From NCBI GenBank assembly GCA_002269645.1, contig NIVC01000885.1, positions 1-64,000 of the forward strand: a stretch of 64,000 bases of DNA, given 5' to 3'. Numbering within the stretch: position 1 is the first letter of the stretch; each line of letters begins with the position of its first letter. The DNA comes from Macrostomum lignano (lineage: Eukaryota). This document shows positions 1 to 12,450 of this stretch, piece by piece. Both the position numbers and the translations under genes were made by a program. Below the pieces are notes generated by a model, which had not been told where the DNA came from, made no database searches, and saw only the letters and a list, made by a program, of their open reading frames with translations.

Positions 1-99
1 TAAATCGGATAATCCCAATGCCAATGGCAAATTTCGGTAACAACAATGTGAAAAAATGTGCAATATGAAAAAAGCAGAAAATTTTGTTAATAACATGGA

Positions 100-244
100 T
101 AACAGAAGTGAGTAATGGGCAGTAACTTAAAAGTTACCAGGTTTTTGTCTAAAGTTACTAGGCTAACGTAAGTTACTTTTTAAAAATTGGTAACTTAAAT
201 TATAGTAACGCAAGTTACTTTTTTGAGTAACTTGCCCAACACTG
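100..244. mobile_element. Right end of a MITE-like element with GTAACT/AGTTAC subrepeats
   Basis: Clustered agtaact/agttact motifs ending in agtaacttgcccaacactg, a CAGTGTTGGG-type terminus. No matching left end seen. Confidence 0.4.
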
Positions 245-248
245 TAGA

Positions 249-430
249 TGATGAGGCATTTTGCCTTAATAAGACAGTCAAAGTTACTCTTGCCATTTAC
301 CCAAAGTTGTGTTAATTTTGCTTTAGGGTTTTTTTATATGTAAGCCGCATTTTTGGCCAAAAACTGTTGCATTTTTGTTAAAACTAAGTTGCATGGCCGA
401 CCAAATTTTGGTGGTTGCGCATGTATGTTT
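249..430. mobile_element. Partial copy of the MITE at 31590-31870
   Basis: About 180 bp closely similar to 31690-31870. Its end gttgcgcatgtatgttt is the exact reverse complement of 31590-31606. Confidence 0.75.
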
Positions 431-2262
431 TGTTCCCAAAACTTCCAAAGTGTCTTCTGTATTTTAACAAAAAGGAAATTTGAGCAAAATTTTCATAGCT
501 TTTAGGGTATAATAATTTATGACATAGTTATAAATTTGTTTGTGCATCTATGTTTACCAATGCCAGATTTGCATCTGGTACAAAATTGCACCTCATTCCA
601 AACACTTAATAATATAGAGGTCAGACAAATACAATTATTGTACAAATTTCATAGATCATTTTTGTTGGTTTGGATCATGATAATTATTGCCAATGTTATT
701 TGCTAAGTATTAATTACCAATAAAGCAAAACAACAAAAAATAGCTGTTCTGTTTCTATACTGTTTTATATATTAAAAAACAATAGTAAACTTTGTACACT
801 TTTGTTAAAAATCATAACCTTTATTTCATAAAAACACGGAAATTTTGGGGTAAATCATTTGTATACACTTAAGGTGTCACATGTGCATGGAAATATATTT
901 TGGCATATTTTGGAGTTTGTGCTATGCATGTATGAAAATACAAGTTTGTACGCCAATTCCTACATTAGTTTATTGACATACAAGCATATGCATAGCAGAG
1001 CACAGGGCATAGTAGTACTAAAAATCAGGTAAAAATCAGATTAAATTGCTTTTTAAGCATTTTGAACTTTAAAACTGCATGTTTTACTTTAGCTCAGACT
1101 GAAAATTATCAAAAAATATTGGCTAAAACTTACCAGTAAAATGTTTTTAGAATTTTAATTATTTGTGAAATTTACTTAGAAACAATTATCATATTGTCAC
1201 ATCAATCAATTATGCCTTTCAAATGTGTCTAAAAGCATATTTCATGCAGGGCATATGCAGATTTTACATTTTAGGTGACCTGTTCTGAGCTAAATCTTTT
1301 TGATCAGCTTTGGCTGTGTGCCACTAGGCACTAAATTTTTTTGTTGGGCTTTTGTTAATGCAATATGTGCCATTTTATACATATTTTTTGTTTTTATTTG
1401 TTTATAAGCATTAGAATTTTTTGCTATAATACCTTCTTAGGCATGAAATTTTTCAAAATATTTTATTAGAAGCAACACTAAAGTGAGTGGAATTTTTGGT
1501 ATTAATTTGATTCATTTTGAATTAAATGTATTGATATTTATGTCTAGATAATCTACAGCTATATTTAGTTAGAATGTTGGTATATTATTATTAGCTCTTT
1601 ATTATTATTCTATTTTATATCTTGGATTCTTGGCACTTTCTTAAGTTGAGATTCTTGTGAGCTGTAGCTTCTTTTAAGGCACATAAAAGAATTGTAATTC
1701 TAGTTTTGTAACCTAATCTTATTTTAAATAACCTAGGCCTAATAATTAAATACCAAAAAGCACTTACCATATTCTTTTATTATTAGATATAGGCCTACTA
1801 CCAGAATACTTTATTTAAATCCACAAAAATCTCAATTCAAAACAATGAGAAAATCACACTCCCAGGTTAAAATTCCATAAGTTACAGTTGTAAAAAAGTG
1901 AGTGTCATGAAACTATAATTTTGTGATCACATTTATGATCATATCCTATTTCTATAGTCTACCAATCAATTACATTGTTGTTAAAAAAGAGACAACATAT
2001 TTTAGGATATAAAGCCAGCCTAGGCCTAGCTTATAGAATGTATATATTAATCTCTAATTCTTTCTCTTAAGGTCAGAAACAAAGGTGATAGGAAGCAAAT
2101 GTCTAGAAGGGCTTAAGCCAAATAATGAAATATGATTAAATTGAATCACAATTATCAAAATTGAATGTGAGCTTTGCTCCAGGACTTATCAAAAATGAAT
2201 TTTGAGTTGTCTAAATTATATTGCAGATTTGTTTAAATTGAGCAGGAAAGGTAGGCCTATAT

Positions 2263-3117
2263 GGTTCTTAGACACTTTGTCATCTTACTAGTTTGTCATC
2301 CAGATGACGAAGTGACCATGATTTTTGGACACTTTGTCATACAAAAAAAATGTTAGAAATCTAGATGACAAAGTGACCAATTTTTGAGAACACTGTCATC
2401 CCATTCCCAAGATTTTGCAAAGCTATAAAATTGTTATTCAATTTTTTATACATGCAAATTGTTTCTCAATCAATAGTATATAAAATATAAGATTAAATAC
2501 ACATTTAGGGACTCAACTTCTCGCCATAATTGGCATCTAAATGCACGCTGTATGTGTACAAGTGTTGATTGTAATTTTATTATAGCTTCACTTCCACAAC
2601 CATGTGGAGTTGTGTAGGAGTTGTAACGATGTAGATTTAATTATGTTTATGAATAGTATATTTTTTAATATTTATTATTATTTATTTTTTAAGTTGTATT
2701 TAATTTTGCTATTCAAGTATGCAAATTTACAATTTATTATTATTTTTGTTTTGCTGTATGATTCCAAGATTTTGTATGGTATTCAAACCGCGAGTAGAAT
2801 TCAATTTTGTACTGATTGCGATCTCTTCTCTTCTCCAATCTCCAGCTCTTCCCTGTCGTAGTTAATCCACATTAATTATCAGTTAGTTAATCCTCAGTGT
2901 AGCCACCTATATTTATGACTACTCAATACAACTTAGCTGACGAATTTATATATAGCTATTCAATAAGTTTTTCAGACAAAATGGATGACGAAGTGTCCAG
3001 GGAGTAGATGACGATGTGTCCACAATAGTATCGTAGATGACGAAGTGGTAAGATGACGAAGTGTCTAGAAATATGAGTGGATGACAAAGTAGTAAGATGA
3101 CGAAGTGTCCAGGAACT
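2263..3117. mobile_element. Non-autonomous Mutator(MULE)-like TIR element with 9-bp TSD
   Basis: TIR ggttcttagacactttgtcatcttacta versus reverse complement of the right end agttcctggacacttcgtcatcttacta. GGCCTATAT is duplicated at 2254-2262 and 3118-3126. Subterminal gatgacgaagtg repeats. Confidence 0.8.
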
Positions 3118-4608
3118 GGCCTATATTAGTATCAAGTTAATGTTAGACCTAGTGCTAGATAGATTTAGACTAAATAAAAAGTTTTATAATTTAATAAGCA
3201 TCATCAAAATTCCTAAACATCAAAATCAGCCTATATAAACTTCTACTTTACAGTCTTATCTTAAGCTTGAATTACAAGGAGGCCATTTTCATTATTATGA
3301 TTCAAGGTCAAGGCCCAAGGATTAAGTCGAAGCTGCTGAAGCAGCTTATTCTTACCTTCTTTGGTTCTTGTGTAGCGCGATGATACATTAAAACGCGGTA
3401 TCGAGGTCATTTTTATAAAAAAAATTACTTTTTATTCCAATACTACTCCTCGAATGCAGCAATTGTCTGTATATTAAAGTCTACTCGAACTTATTATGTT
3501 TAGACTAGACTTAGTCTGCAAGTCTTTAATATAGTATATTAGGCCTATGAATGTTTAAAGCCAAGAAATGAAACAACTAAAATTAAAAAGAACTTCAAAA
3601 TGGACAAATATTATTTTTAATACAATTGCAAATTGCCAACTATAAACTCGTATAGGACTAGCTTCTCTGTAAAGCAAAAAAATGGATTTTTTCGACGACA
3701 GGTTGAACGGGTTCGTGGAAATTGTGACTAATACTAATAATTTAAAAATGTTCGAAGAATACTAACAAAAATTATAAACTGTCTGTTCTATTTAGCCTAG
3801 GCGTATAGTAGATTTTTTTAATACAGGCAATGTAATAAAATAAATTACTAAGCCTTTTAAACTAAAACTAATGGTAATAATTTTAACGCTAGCAATGCAC
3901 TGCTGAAAGCAGAAACACGTTTCTGTATTTGAGATTTCATAATTAATCAAATGATTAAAGATTGCATTTTCCACTGTAATAAATGTGAGGCACGCTTTCG
4001 TTTAACATTTGAATCTATTCAGATTATTGCATTGCAAATCGTACAGACAGATCATGCCAGATACATGTATATGTGCACGTACACGTACAGGAACAAACAT
4101 GTTAGGAGCAGTTCATTGGGATTTTCGTTAGAAACTAACATATTCGCATACAGCTAGTTGGGAGGGAATAAAATTTAAAGGAGCGATATGGTTAATACGA
4201 GATGAAGTTGAATAGAATAATAATGGTTGTGGTTGTTAAGAAAAATATTTTCTCATTTATTTTTACATATATTTTAAAAATAGAGAAGCGCGTATACACG
4301 TATTGTATGATTTATATATGCGTGACGAAGAATATCTTCAATACAAAATTAACCAGCTCGGCAAATGCAGCCACTTATTAAGCTGATGGAAATACATGTA
4401 TGTAACAGGCATGTCTACAACTGATTCTACATGTACATGATTTTCATTTTAAGAAATTTAGCTACATTTAAAGTACATGTATACGCTCGTACGAGCGTAT
4501 AGCCATGAAAATGACACTCATAATGCTGAAAAATTAGGCTGGAAACTTAAACTGCCATGCCAGCCTGAGGATCAAAGCGGATGGCAGTGGCCCAGGAGGC
4601 TAGCCTAG

Positions 4609-5070
4609 AACTGAGGATCTGAGAGGCTGGCACAGCAACTGAATGATCTGGGAGGCTGGCACAGCAACTGAGGATCTGGGAGGCTGGCACAGCAACTGAG
4701 GATCTGGGAGGCTGGCCCAGCAACTGAGGATCTGGGAGGCTAGCCCAGCAACTGAGGATCTGGGAGGCTGGCCCAGCAACTGAAGATCTGGGAGGCTGGC
4801 CCAGCAACTGAGGATCTGGGAGGCTGGCCCAGCAACTGAGGATCTAGGAGGCTGGCCCAGCAACTGAGGATCTGGGAGGCTGGCCCAGCAACTGAGGATC
4901 TGGGAGGCTGGCCCAGCAACTGAGGATCTGGGAGGCTGGCCCAGCAACTGAGGATCTGGGAGGCTGGCCCAGCAACTGAGGATCTGGGAGGCTGGCCCAG
5001 CAACTGAGGATCTGGGAGGCTGGCTCAGCAACTGAGGATCTGAGAGGCTGGCTCAAAACTGAGAATCTCA
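4609..5070. repeat. 28-bp minisatellite (actgaggatctgggaggctggcccagca)n
   Basis: Direct tandem array; explains the ORFs at 4547-5104. Confidence 0.95.
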
Positions 5071-5112
5071 AAACCTGAGATAGATGCACACCGCTGTGCA
5101 ACAAGAACTCAT

Positions 5113-5565
5113 TTATTGAGCAGTCCCAGACTCAGCTACTGGATGATCAGTCAGAATGCTAAACCTGTCAACCGGGATGTGCCAGTTGGCCACCAGGCCA
5201 GTTAAATCTTCCCCAATAGGGCAGCGAGCCTCCAAATCGACGCTAGCAAAATCCCTTGGCATCACGCAGTGAAGCCGGCGGCGCCAGAGCTGCGCACCAG
5301 CCCAGGCAATCATGACGCCATTGTCGGTGCAGAGTCTCGCCGGCGGAAAAACCGCCGACGGCAAGTCGTAAAACTTGGCGAGGCTTTGAAGCGAACTACG
5401 AACGGCGGAGTTGGCGGCCACTCCGCCAGAGACAACGATAGGGAAGGATTCTGGGAGCAGCTCGGTGCGGCGAGCGAATTTCACGGCTCGAGCTGTTCGG
5501 GTGGCAACCATTCGACACAGGGCGTATTGAAGACTGGCGCAGAGGTGAGGGTAGTGCTGGCGAAC
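5113..5565 (-). CDS. OSGEPL1: Mitochondrial tRNA N6-threonylcarbamoyltransferase (OSGEPL1/Qri7/TsaD family), exon 3
   Basis: tgtttcag acceptor at 5566-5568, phase 0. Motifs LCASLQ, VVSGGVAAN and CTDNGVMIAWAG. Stop at 5113-5115. Confidence 0.93.
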   Translation of the reverse strand, partial: VRQHYPHLCASLQYALCRMVATRTARAVKFARRTELLPESFPIVVSGGVAANSAVRSSLQSLAKFYDLPSAVFPPARLCTDNGVMIAWAGAQLWRRRLHCVMPRDFASVDLEARCPIGEDLTGLVANWHIPVDRFSILTDHPVAESGTAQ

Positions 5566-5640
5566 CTGAAACAGAAGTACGAGCGTACTTAGAGAATTAG
5601 CTAATTAGTAACTCGAATTACGAGTAATTAGACAAGCTGC

Positions 5641-6435
5641 AATGAGTGTTAATAGGACTCCAATGAGTGTCGATGGGGCTGGAATGAGTGTCGATGAGAC
5701 TGCAATGAGTGTCGATGGGGCTGGAATGAGTGTCGATGAGACTGCAATGAGTGTCGATGGGGCTGGAATGAGTGTCGATGGGGCTGTAATGAGTGTCGAT
5801 GGGACTGGAATGAGTGTCGATGAGACTGGAATGAGTGTCGATGGGGCTGTAATGAGTGTCGATGGGGCTGGAATGAGTATCGATGGGGCTGCAATGAGTG
5901 TCGATGAGACTGGAATGAGTGTCGATGAGACTGGAATGAGTGTCGATGGGGCTGGAATGAGTGTCGATGAGACTGCAATGAGTGTCGATGGGGCTGGAAT
6001 GAGTGTCGATGAGACTGCAATGAGTGTCGATGGGGCTGGAATGAGCGTCGATGGGGCTGTAATGAGTGTCGATGGGGCTGTAATGAGTGTCGATGAGACT
6101 GGAATGAGTGTCGATGGGGCTGTAATGAGTGTCGATGGGGCTGGAATGAGTATCGATGGGGCTGCAATGAGTGTCGATGAGACTGGAATGAGTGTCGATG
6201 GGGCTGTAATGAGTGTCGATGGGGCTGGAATGAGTGTCGATGAGACTGCAATGAGTGTCGATGGGGCTGGAATGAGCGTCGATGAGACTGGAATGAGTGT
6301 CGATGGGGCTGGAATGAGTGTCGATGGGGCTGGAATGAGTGTCGATGGAGCTGGAATGAGTGTCGATGGAGCTGGAATGAGTGTCGATGGGACTGCATTG
6401 AGTTTTGATGGAGCTGAAATGAGTGTCAATGTCGA
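5641..6435. repeat. 21-bp intronic minisatellite (aatgagtgtcgatggggctgg)n
   Basis: Tandem array in OSGEPL1 intron 2; source of the spurious MSVDGAG/SSPIDTH ORFs. Confidence 0.95.
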
Positions 6436-6472
6436 TAAGGCATTGCAGGAACAGAGCACAACAGAGACTTAC

Positions 6473-6716
6473 CAAATGGTTATGCTGCAACGGCTCAGAG
6501 AGCTGCATGGGGTCGCCAAGAAGCACCCTGTTTGCCAGCTGTCGAAACGCAGACTGCAATCCGGAGAAGCTGAAGTTGCAGTCGGACTTGTTAAACCGGG
6601 TGCTGCTGCCGGACAGCGGCCAAGCGCGGGAGTCGCCGCCTTGGGAGGCTACGATCTCGACGGCGCGACCTCCGGGCAGATCGCCGAGACCGGGCAGCTC
6701 ACTGAGACGCAGGTAG
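6473..6716 (-). CDS. OSGEPL1: OSGEPL1 exon 2
   Basis: cttctcgcag acceptor (phase 2) and gtaagt donor (phase 0). Encodes GGRAVE and DCNFSFSGL motifs. Confidence 0.9.
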
Positions 6717-6782
6717 CTGCGAGAAGGGAATGGCGATGGCAGGTGAGGGCAACTCTCAGAACTGTTTATGGGGCGACACTCT

Positions 6783-6990
6783 AGGGGCGATTCTCAGCTA
6801 GCTACACCGAGACGGTGCTTCTCATGCCTACAGTGATGGCGATTCTCATGGCTACAGCGAGGGCGATTCTCATGGCTACAGCGAGGGCGATTCTCATGGC
6901 TACAGCGAGGGCGATTCTCATGGCTACGAGGGCGATTCTCGTGACTACAGTTGAGGGCGATTCTCATGGCTACATTGAGGGCGATTCTCA
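6783..6990. repeat. 24-bp minisatellite (gagggcgattctcatggctacagc)n
   Basis: Tandem array in OSGEPL1 intron 1. Confidence 0.9.
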
Positions 6991-7005
6991 CAGTTCCAAA
7001 CTCAC

Positions 7006-7616
7006 CGAGCGCACTTGTCCAATGTGTCACCTGGCGATTGGTCCAAACCTCTGCCAACCAGGTAGAAATCGTCAACTTCCCTAGCAACCGCTAGCAGGGA
7101 GTGGCCGCCGCTTAGCAACAAGGCTAGGAAGGGCAGCTGCACCCCATCAGTGAGGCAAGCGGTGAGCGCGTGAGCTCGCATGTGATGCACAGGTATCAGC
7201 GGCTTATTAAACCGCCGAGCCAGGCGCTTAGCGTGCACCAAGCCGACTTTCAGACAGGGCGCCATACCTGGACAATTGGTAACGGCGACCGCGTCGACCG
7301 TTTCCATGGCAACGCCAGTTTCGTGTAACACCTGGCTAATAGCGGGGTTAATATTGGCAGCGTGGAGCTGCGCAGCCGTGGCTGGAACAATGCCTCCAGT
7401 TGCTAGGTGGGTAGTAGTCTGGCCATAGACAGTCTCGGCCAGTATCCGACCGTCTGTGGTTACCATGGCAACGCCTGTGTCATCGCAGCTAGTCTCAATG
7501 CCTAGAATGGTTCCTATTGAGCACAGGCGCCTGCTGCCTCTGTTGCCGATGACAGCGAAGCCACTGGTCCATTGCAAGGCCTTTAGGGGCGCGAGCGCGA
7601 ATCTTTGGAGTTGCAT
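7006..7616 (-). CDS. OSGEPL1: OSGEPL1 exon 1 (whole CDS 435 aa)
   Basis: Presequence-like N-terminus, then LGIETSCDDTG, HHMRAH and LLLSGGHS. gtgag donor at 7005-7001, phase 2. Confidence 0.93.
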
Positions 7617-7677
7617 GCAATGTAATTAAACGCTCAGGTATTGTATAATATACAGTTTTCAATGCGATTTTTATATT

Positions 7678-8885
7678 GGGGTTTTAGGGGCGATTTTAGG
7701 AGGGTTTTAGGGGCGATTTTAGGAGGGTTTTAGGGGCGATTTTATGGATGGGGATTTTAGGGGCGATTTTAGTAGGGTTTTAGGGGCGATTCTATGAGGG
7801 TTTTAGAGGCGATTGTATGTGGGGTTTAGGGGCGATTTTAGGAGGGTTTTAGGGGCGGTTTTAGGAGGGTTTTAGGGGCGGTTTTAGGAGGGTTTTAGTG
7901 TCGATTGTAGGTGGGGTTTAGGGGCGATTTTAGGAGGGTTTTAGGGGCGGTTTTAGGAGGGTTTTAGGGGCGGTTTTAGGAGGGTTTTAGTGTCGATTGT
8001 AGGTGGGGTTTAGGGGCGATTTTAGGAGGGTTTTAGGGGCGATTGTTTAGGGGGTTAGGGGCGATTTTAGGAGGGTTTTAGTGGCGATTGTATGGGGGGG
8101 TTAGGGACGATTTTAGGAGGGTTTTAGTGGCGATTTTATGGATGGGGATTTTAGGGGCGATTTTAGGAGGGTTTTAGGGGCGATTCTATGAGGGTTTTAG
8201 AGGCGATTGTATGTGGGCTTTAGGGGCGATTTTAGGAGGGTTTTAGGGGCGGTTTTAGGAGGGTTTTAGGGGCGGTTTTAGGAGGGTTTTAGTGTCGATT
8301 GTAGGTGGGGTTTAGGGGCGATTTTAGGAGGGTTTTAGGGGCGGTTTTAGGAGGGTTTTAGGGGCGGTTTTAGGAGGGTTTTAGTGTCGATTGTAGGTGG
8401 GGTTTAGGGGCGATTTTAGGAGGGTTTTAGGGGCGATTGTTTAGGGGGTTAGGGGCGATTTTAGGAGGGTTTTAGTGGCGATTTTAGGAGGGTTTTAGTG
8501 GCGATTGTATGGGGGGGGGTTAGGGACGATTTTAGGAGGGTTTTAGTGGCAATGATATGGGGATTTAGGGGCGATTTTAGGGGGTTTTTAGAGGCGATTG
8601 TATGTGGGGGTTTAGGGACGATTTTAGGAGGGTTTTAGTGGCAATGATATGGGGATTTAGGGGCGATTTTAGGGGGTTTTTAGAGGCGATTGTATGTGGG
8701 GGTTTAGGGACGATTTTAGGAGGGTTTTAGTGGCAATGATATGGGGATTTAGGGGCGATTTTAGGGGGTTTTTAGAGGCGATTGTATGTGGGGGTTTAGG
8801 GGCGATTTTAGGAGGCTTCTAGTGGCAATTATATTGGGATTTTTGGACGACCCTGTGGGGGGTTTTATAGGGCGATTTATCAAGG
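7678..8885. repeat. ~23-bp minisatellite (ggggcgattttaggagggtttta)n
   Basis: Tandem array with internal block duplications, directly upstream of the OSGEPL1 ATG. Confidence 0.95.
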
Positions 8886-9616
8886 CTTTAGGGGAAATTT
8901 CTGTGGGTTTTTAAATAGGGGTGATTCCCTAGAAAATTCTCTAAAATGTTAATGGCCTGGTTTAATTGGTTAATATGTTTTCGTAGATGTATTTCATTGA
9001 ATAAATTAACTAACTCAGGTTGAAGAGCATTGAAACAATTTTTGAATCAAATTTTCAGCAGAACACAACTTCGTTAACTTGCTCGCACACACTGGAAGAT
9101 TTATTGGTCACCGAGAGTTACAAAAGTTTTGTTTATAAGTTTGGCGACAGTCCAACTGACAGTCATTGGGGTTGACTAATTGAGATTGCACACTGATGCC
9201 TATATGTAGAGGAGAAAATGATGAGCTATATAGGCGACAACGGGTATAAACTAATTATAGGAAAACTGGTAGACTAATGCAATTTTTATATATTGACACT
9301 AAACTGGTAAACTTAAACAAATGCAAAAATTTCTTATTAATGAAAACTAGATTTTAAACAAAAATTACGAATTCTTATTCGCTTATCCTAGAAATAGAAA
9401 AATGCAATTATTTTTTGGCGATTTCTAAACAGCACTACTTCTATAGCAAAAAATGTATACTAATAATAGGAAAATAATAGAAAAAATAAAGGATATAATG
9501 AGCGCTGAATAACTGGCATAAACTAAGTAGTATATGAAGAGAATTTTGACCTAAATATAATCCAACGGAACGTTTTTTAATTATCAGACGTTTCAAAAAT
9601 CGGCAGTCCGCTTTTG

Positions 9617-9886
9617 CTACTCGGACTGCGTTCCGGCCGTGTCGCCGCAGCCTTGCTCAGGCCCGGTGCTCAGCCGCTGATTGCGCACCCCCTCCACCTT
9701 GGCCAGGTGCTGCTGGGCGCCCTGCACGATTCGTTCGATTTGTTCGCGGCGTTTCGCCTCTTTGGCACGAATGTCGCGATCCAGCTCGGCTTCGAGCGAC
9801 TGCCGTTCCGCTTCCAGCTTCTCGCGTACCGCCTTGCTGCGCTCCTTGGCTCCGGCGCTCAGGCCGCGAGCTCGCTGCTTCACCTC
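9617..9886 (-). CDS. Stathmin-like coiled-coil protein, exon 2
   Basis: cccaacccag acceptor at 9887-9889, phase 0 (RME|EVKQRARG). Charged helical sequence; stop at 9617-9619. Confidence 0.8.
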   Translation of the reverse strand, partial: EVKQRARGLSAGAKERSKAVREKLEAERQSLEAELDRDIRAKEAKRREQIERIVQGAQQHLAKVEGVRNQRLSTGPEQGCGDTAGTQSE

Positions 9887-9974
9887 CTGGGTTGGGGCAT
9901 CGGTTTGATGATAATAACGTTGCTGGTGTCATTAACTGCATTCGGGGTGCGCGTCTACTTGACAATTTCCAAGC

Positions 9975-10640
9975 TTTCAGGCCGCTGCCCCTTAGTGCCC
10001 CACACCAACAGGTCGCTGCCCCCCTACCACCATCATCAGGTCGCTGTCCCCCCCCTACCACTATCAGGTCGCTGTCCCCCCCCCACCACCATCAGGTCGC
10101 TGTCCCCCCCCACCACCATCAGGTCGCTGTCCCCCCCACCACCATCAGGTCGCTGTCCCCCCCACCACCATCAGGTCGCTGCCCCTCCACCACCATCAGG
10201 TCGCTGCCCCCCCCACACCAACAGGTCGCTGCCCCCTACCACCATCATCAGGTCGCTGTCCCCCCCCCCTACCACCATCAGGTCGCTGTCCCCCCCCCTA
10301 CCACCATCAGGTCGCTGCCCCTCCCCACCACCATCAGGTCGCTGCCCCCCCCACCACCATCAGGTCGCTGCTCCCCCACCACCATCAGGTCGCTGCCCCT
10401 CCCCACCACCATCAGGTCGCTGCCCCCCCCCACCACCATCAGGTCGCTGCCCCCCCCACCACAATCAGGCCGCTGCCCCCCCCACCACCATCAGGTCGCT
10501 GCTCCCCCACCACCATCAGGTCGCTGCCCCTCCCCACCACCATCAGGTCGCTGCCCCCCCCACCACCATCAGGTCGCTGCCCCCCCCCACCACAATCAGG
10601 CCGCTGCCCCCCCAGTCAGGTCGCTGCCCCCCCCCAGTCA
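9975..10640. repeat. 24-27-bp minisatellite (ccccccaccaccatcaggtcgctg)n
   Basis: Intronic tandem array; explains the Pro-rich plus-strand ORFs. Confidence 0.95.
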
Positions 10641-10714
10641 GGCGGCAGTTATAAGCAATCGACCATAGAAAATAAAAGACACATGGAACCATTTATCCAA
10701 GACCGTTAACTTGC

Positions 10715-11200
10715 CTCCATCCTTCCCAGTCGGCGCTCTTCGGCAGCTTTCAGCGTCTCCTCAACAGACTTCAAATTCTGCTCAGTTCGAGCTTCCACTT
10801 CGCGTTTCTGTCGCTCGGCCACTTCGGTCACATGACTGAGCTTGGTCTCCAGACGGCCGACTCGCTCGGCCAGCTGCTGCTCTCGACGGAGCTCAGCCGC
10901 GGCCAGGCGTTCGGCGATTTCATCGGCGCTGACTGCAGTCGACTGTGGCGGCTGCTGGGCCTTTCGACTCGGACTGGCGTCAACAGCCGTTTTACCGCCG
11001 CCAACTGAACTTTTAACATCGCTATTATCAGTTTTATTACTCTGGCCGCTGTCGTCAATAAATTCAACATCAAAGGCTAAGCCGCCCAGCGAGCGTCGGT
11101 TGAGCTTGACGCGACAATCGCTCGACGCGGCGGCGGCGACTTCAAAGGAATCGGCGGCAGAGCCTTCTTGATTGGCCAAGTCAGATTGTAGAGAAGCCAT
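10715..11200 (-). CDS. Stathmin-like coiled-coil protein, exon 1 (whole CDS 251 aa)
   Basis: GLAFDVEF resembles the stathmin N-terminal AFELIL motif. SADEIAERLAAAELRR and LKAAEERR resemble stathmin helix repeats. GC donor gag|gcaagt. Confidence 0.75.
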
Positions 11201-11929
11201 CGCGAAAAATTAAAGTAATAATCGATAGTTAAGGCGCGACTGAAAAAAATATAGATAAAACGTGGGTTCAATTATCAAACAAAACGCCGCGCCAGCGAAA
11301 TCCACCACCCCACTGCTAGATAAGAGCACAAGATGTACATTTAGCCAAAGTTTGAGACTTACATAATCTAGAATCGTAAAGTGAACTATCTAAAAAAACT
11401 ACGGCTATTGGGGTTCATTAAATGTACACTCTACTCTGCCTCTCTTCTAAACTTATAGTTTGTCTGTATGCATAAATAAATATTGCTCATTCCGCCGACT
11501 CCTAAGCAAAACTATACAAGCGCTCATACACACGCTCACACAGGCTGCACAGAAGCATGAGTTGGCCCCGTATTATGACTATTATGACCCATTCTTCCTT
11601 GGCAACTTTTGTGAGCACAACCACCAAATTAATCGGAGCCCCTAATTTTCGTTAATTGCCTCACGTCGTGTGGCACCTTTTTAAACCCCGCATCACAGAT
11701 TTAAATTTGAAATTAATTTCAATTTAAATTTTGATATGATTTGCTTCTTTACTACTAATTAGTACATTTATACTACTTACTTCAATAGGTCACAAGATAA
11801 TGCTATTTTTCATCTAAAAATAGATCATTATCTCTATAACAATACAAAAAAGTAAGCAAAAAAGCGTTTAGCGCATATTTTGCCTTAAAATTTTAACCTA
11901 GAAGCATAAAAATCTGTATTATTCTGATT

Positions 11930-11990
11930 GGCCAAATTCCGGGATTAAATCCCGGGATCACAAAAATCCGGGATTTTGCAATCCCTACCT
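11930..11990. mobile_element. MITE terminal fragment with CCGGGATT repeats
   Basis: ccgggattaaatcccgggat...ccgggattttgcaatccct; only one end seen. Confidence 0.35.
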
Positions 11991-12151
11991 CCCTCTAACA
12001 GAAGACGGCTAGCACCTACTACTTACTGACTTAAGTCCTAAACCCTAGCCCTATAACTCTAACCCAAACACGATGCCTAACATAAACCTACTCTTAAAGA
12101 ATCTTTCTTACCGATGACTGACAAAAGCTCAGGTAGAAACAGAAACAGCAG

Positions 12152-12450
12152 CAGTGGCGGCGGCGCAGGGGGGGGGGGGGGGGCAGCTGCCTGGGGGGCC
12201 AGGGGGTGACCACCCCACCATCCCCACGGCCCTCAAAAAGACCCTAGGAAGGGAGGGCAGATAGTCTCCCTCTGTAATGCAACTTGCATCAATGATTAAA
12301 AATGCATTTTTATAAGAAATTTCATGTTGTACATTCATTTTGTAAGAAGTGTGTCATAATTTGTTCGTAATTTTTTACTTTCTTAGAAGGGGGGGTGACC
12401 ACCTAACTACTGCCCCCTTCCCCCTAACCAGAGATACTGCGCCGCAACTG
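12152..12450. mobile_element. hAT-like MITE with GGGGGTGACCACCC repeats
   Basis: Left end cagtggcggcggcgcag and right end ctgcgccgcaactg. A related copy lies at 36890-37147. Confidence 0.6.

Noticed and set aside
5605-6459. Long repetitive ORFs on both strands (MSVDGAG, SSPIDTH, QPHRHSF)
   Set aside because: They come from a stop-free 21-bp minisatellite inside OSGEPL1 intron 2.
7608-7630. ATTGCATG at the OSGEPL1 start resembles the flatworm SL 3' end as I recall it
   Set aside because: Only 7-8 nt match; the gene has introns and no further SL similarity is visible. Likely chance.
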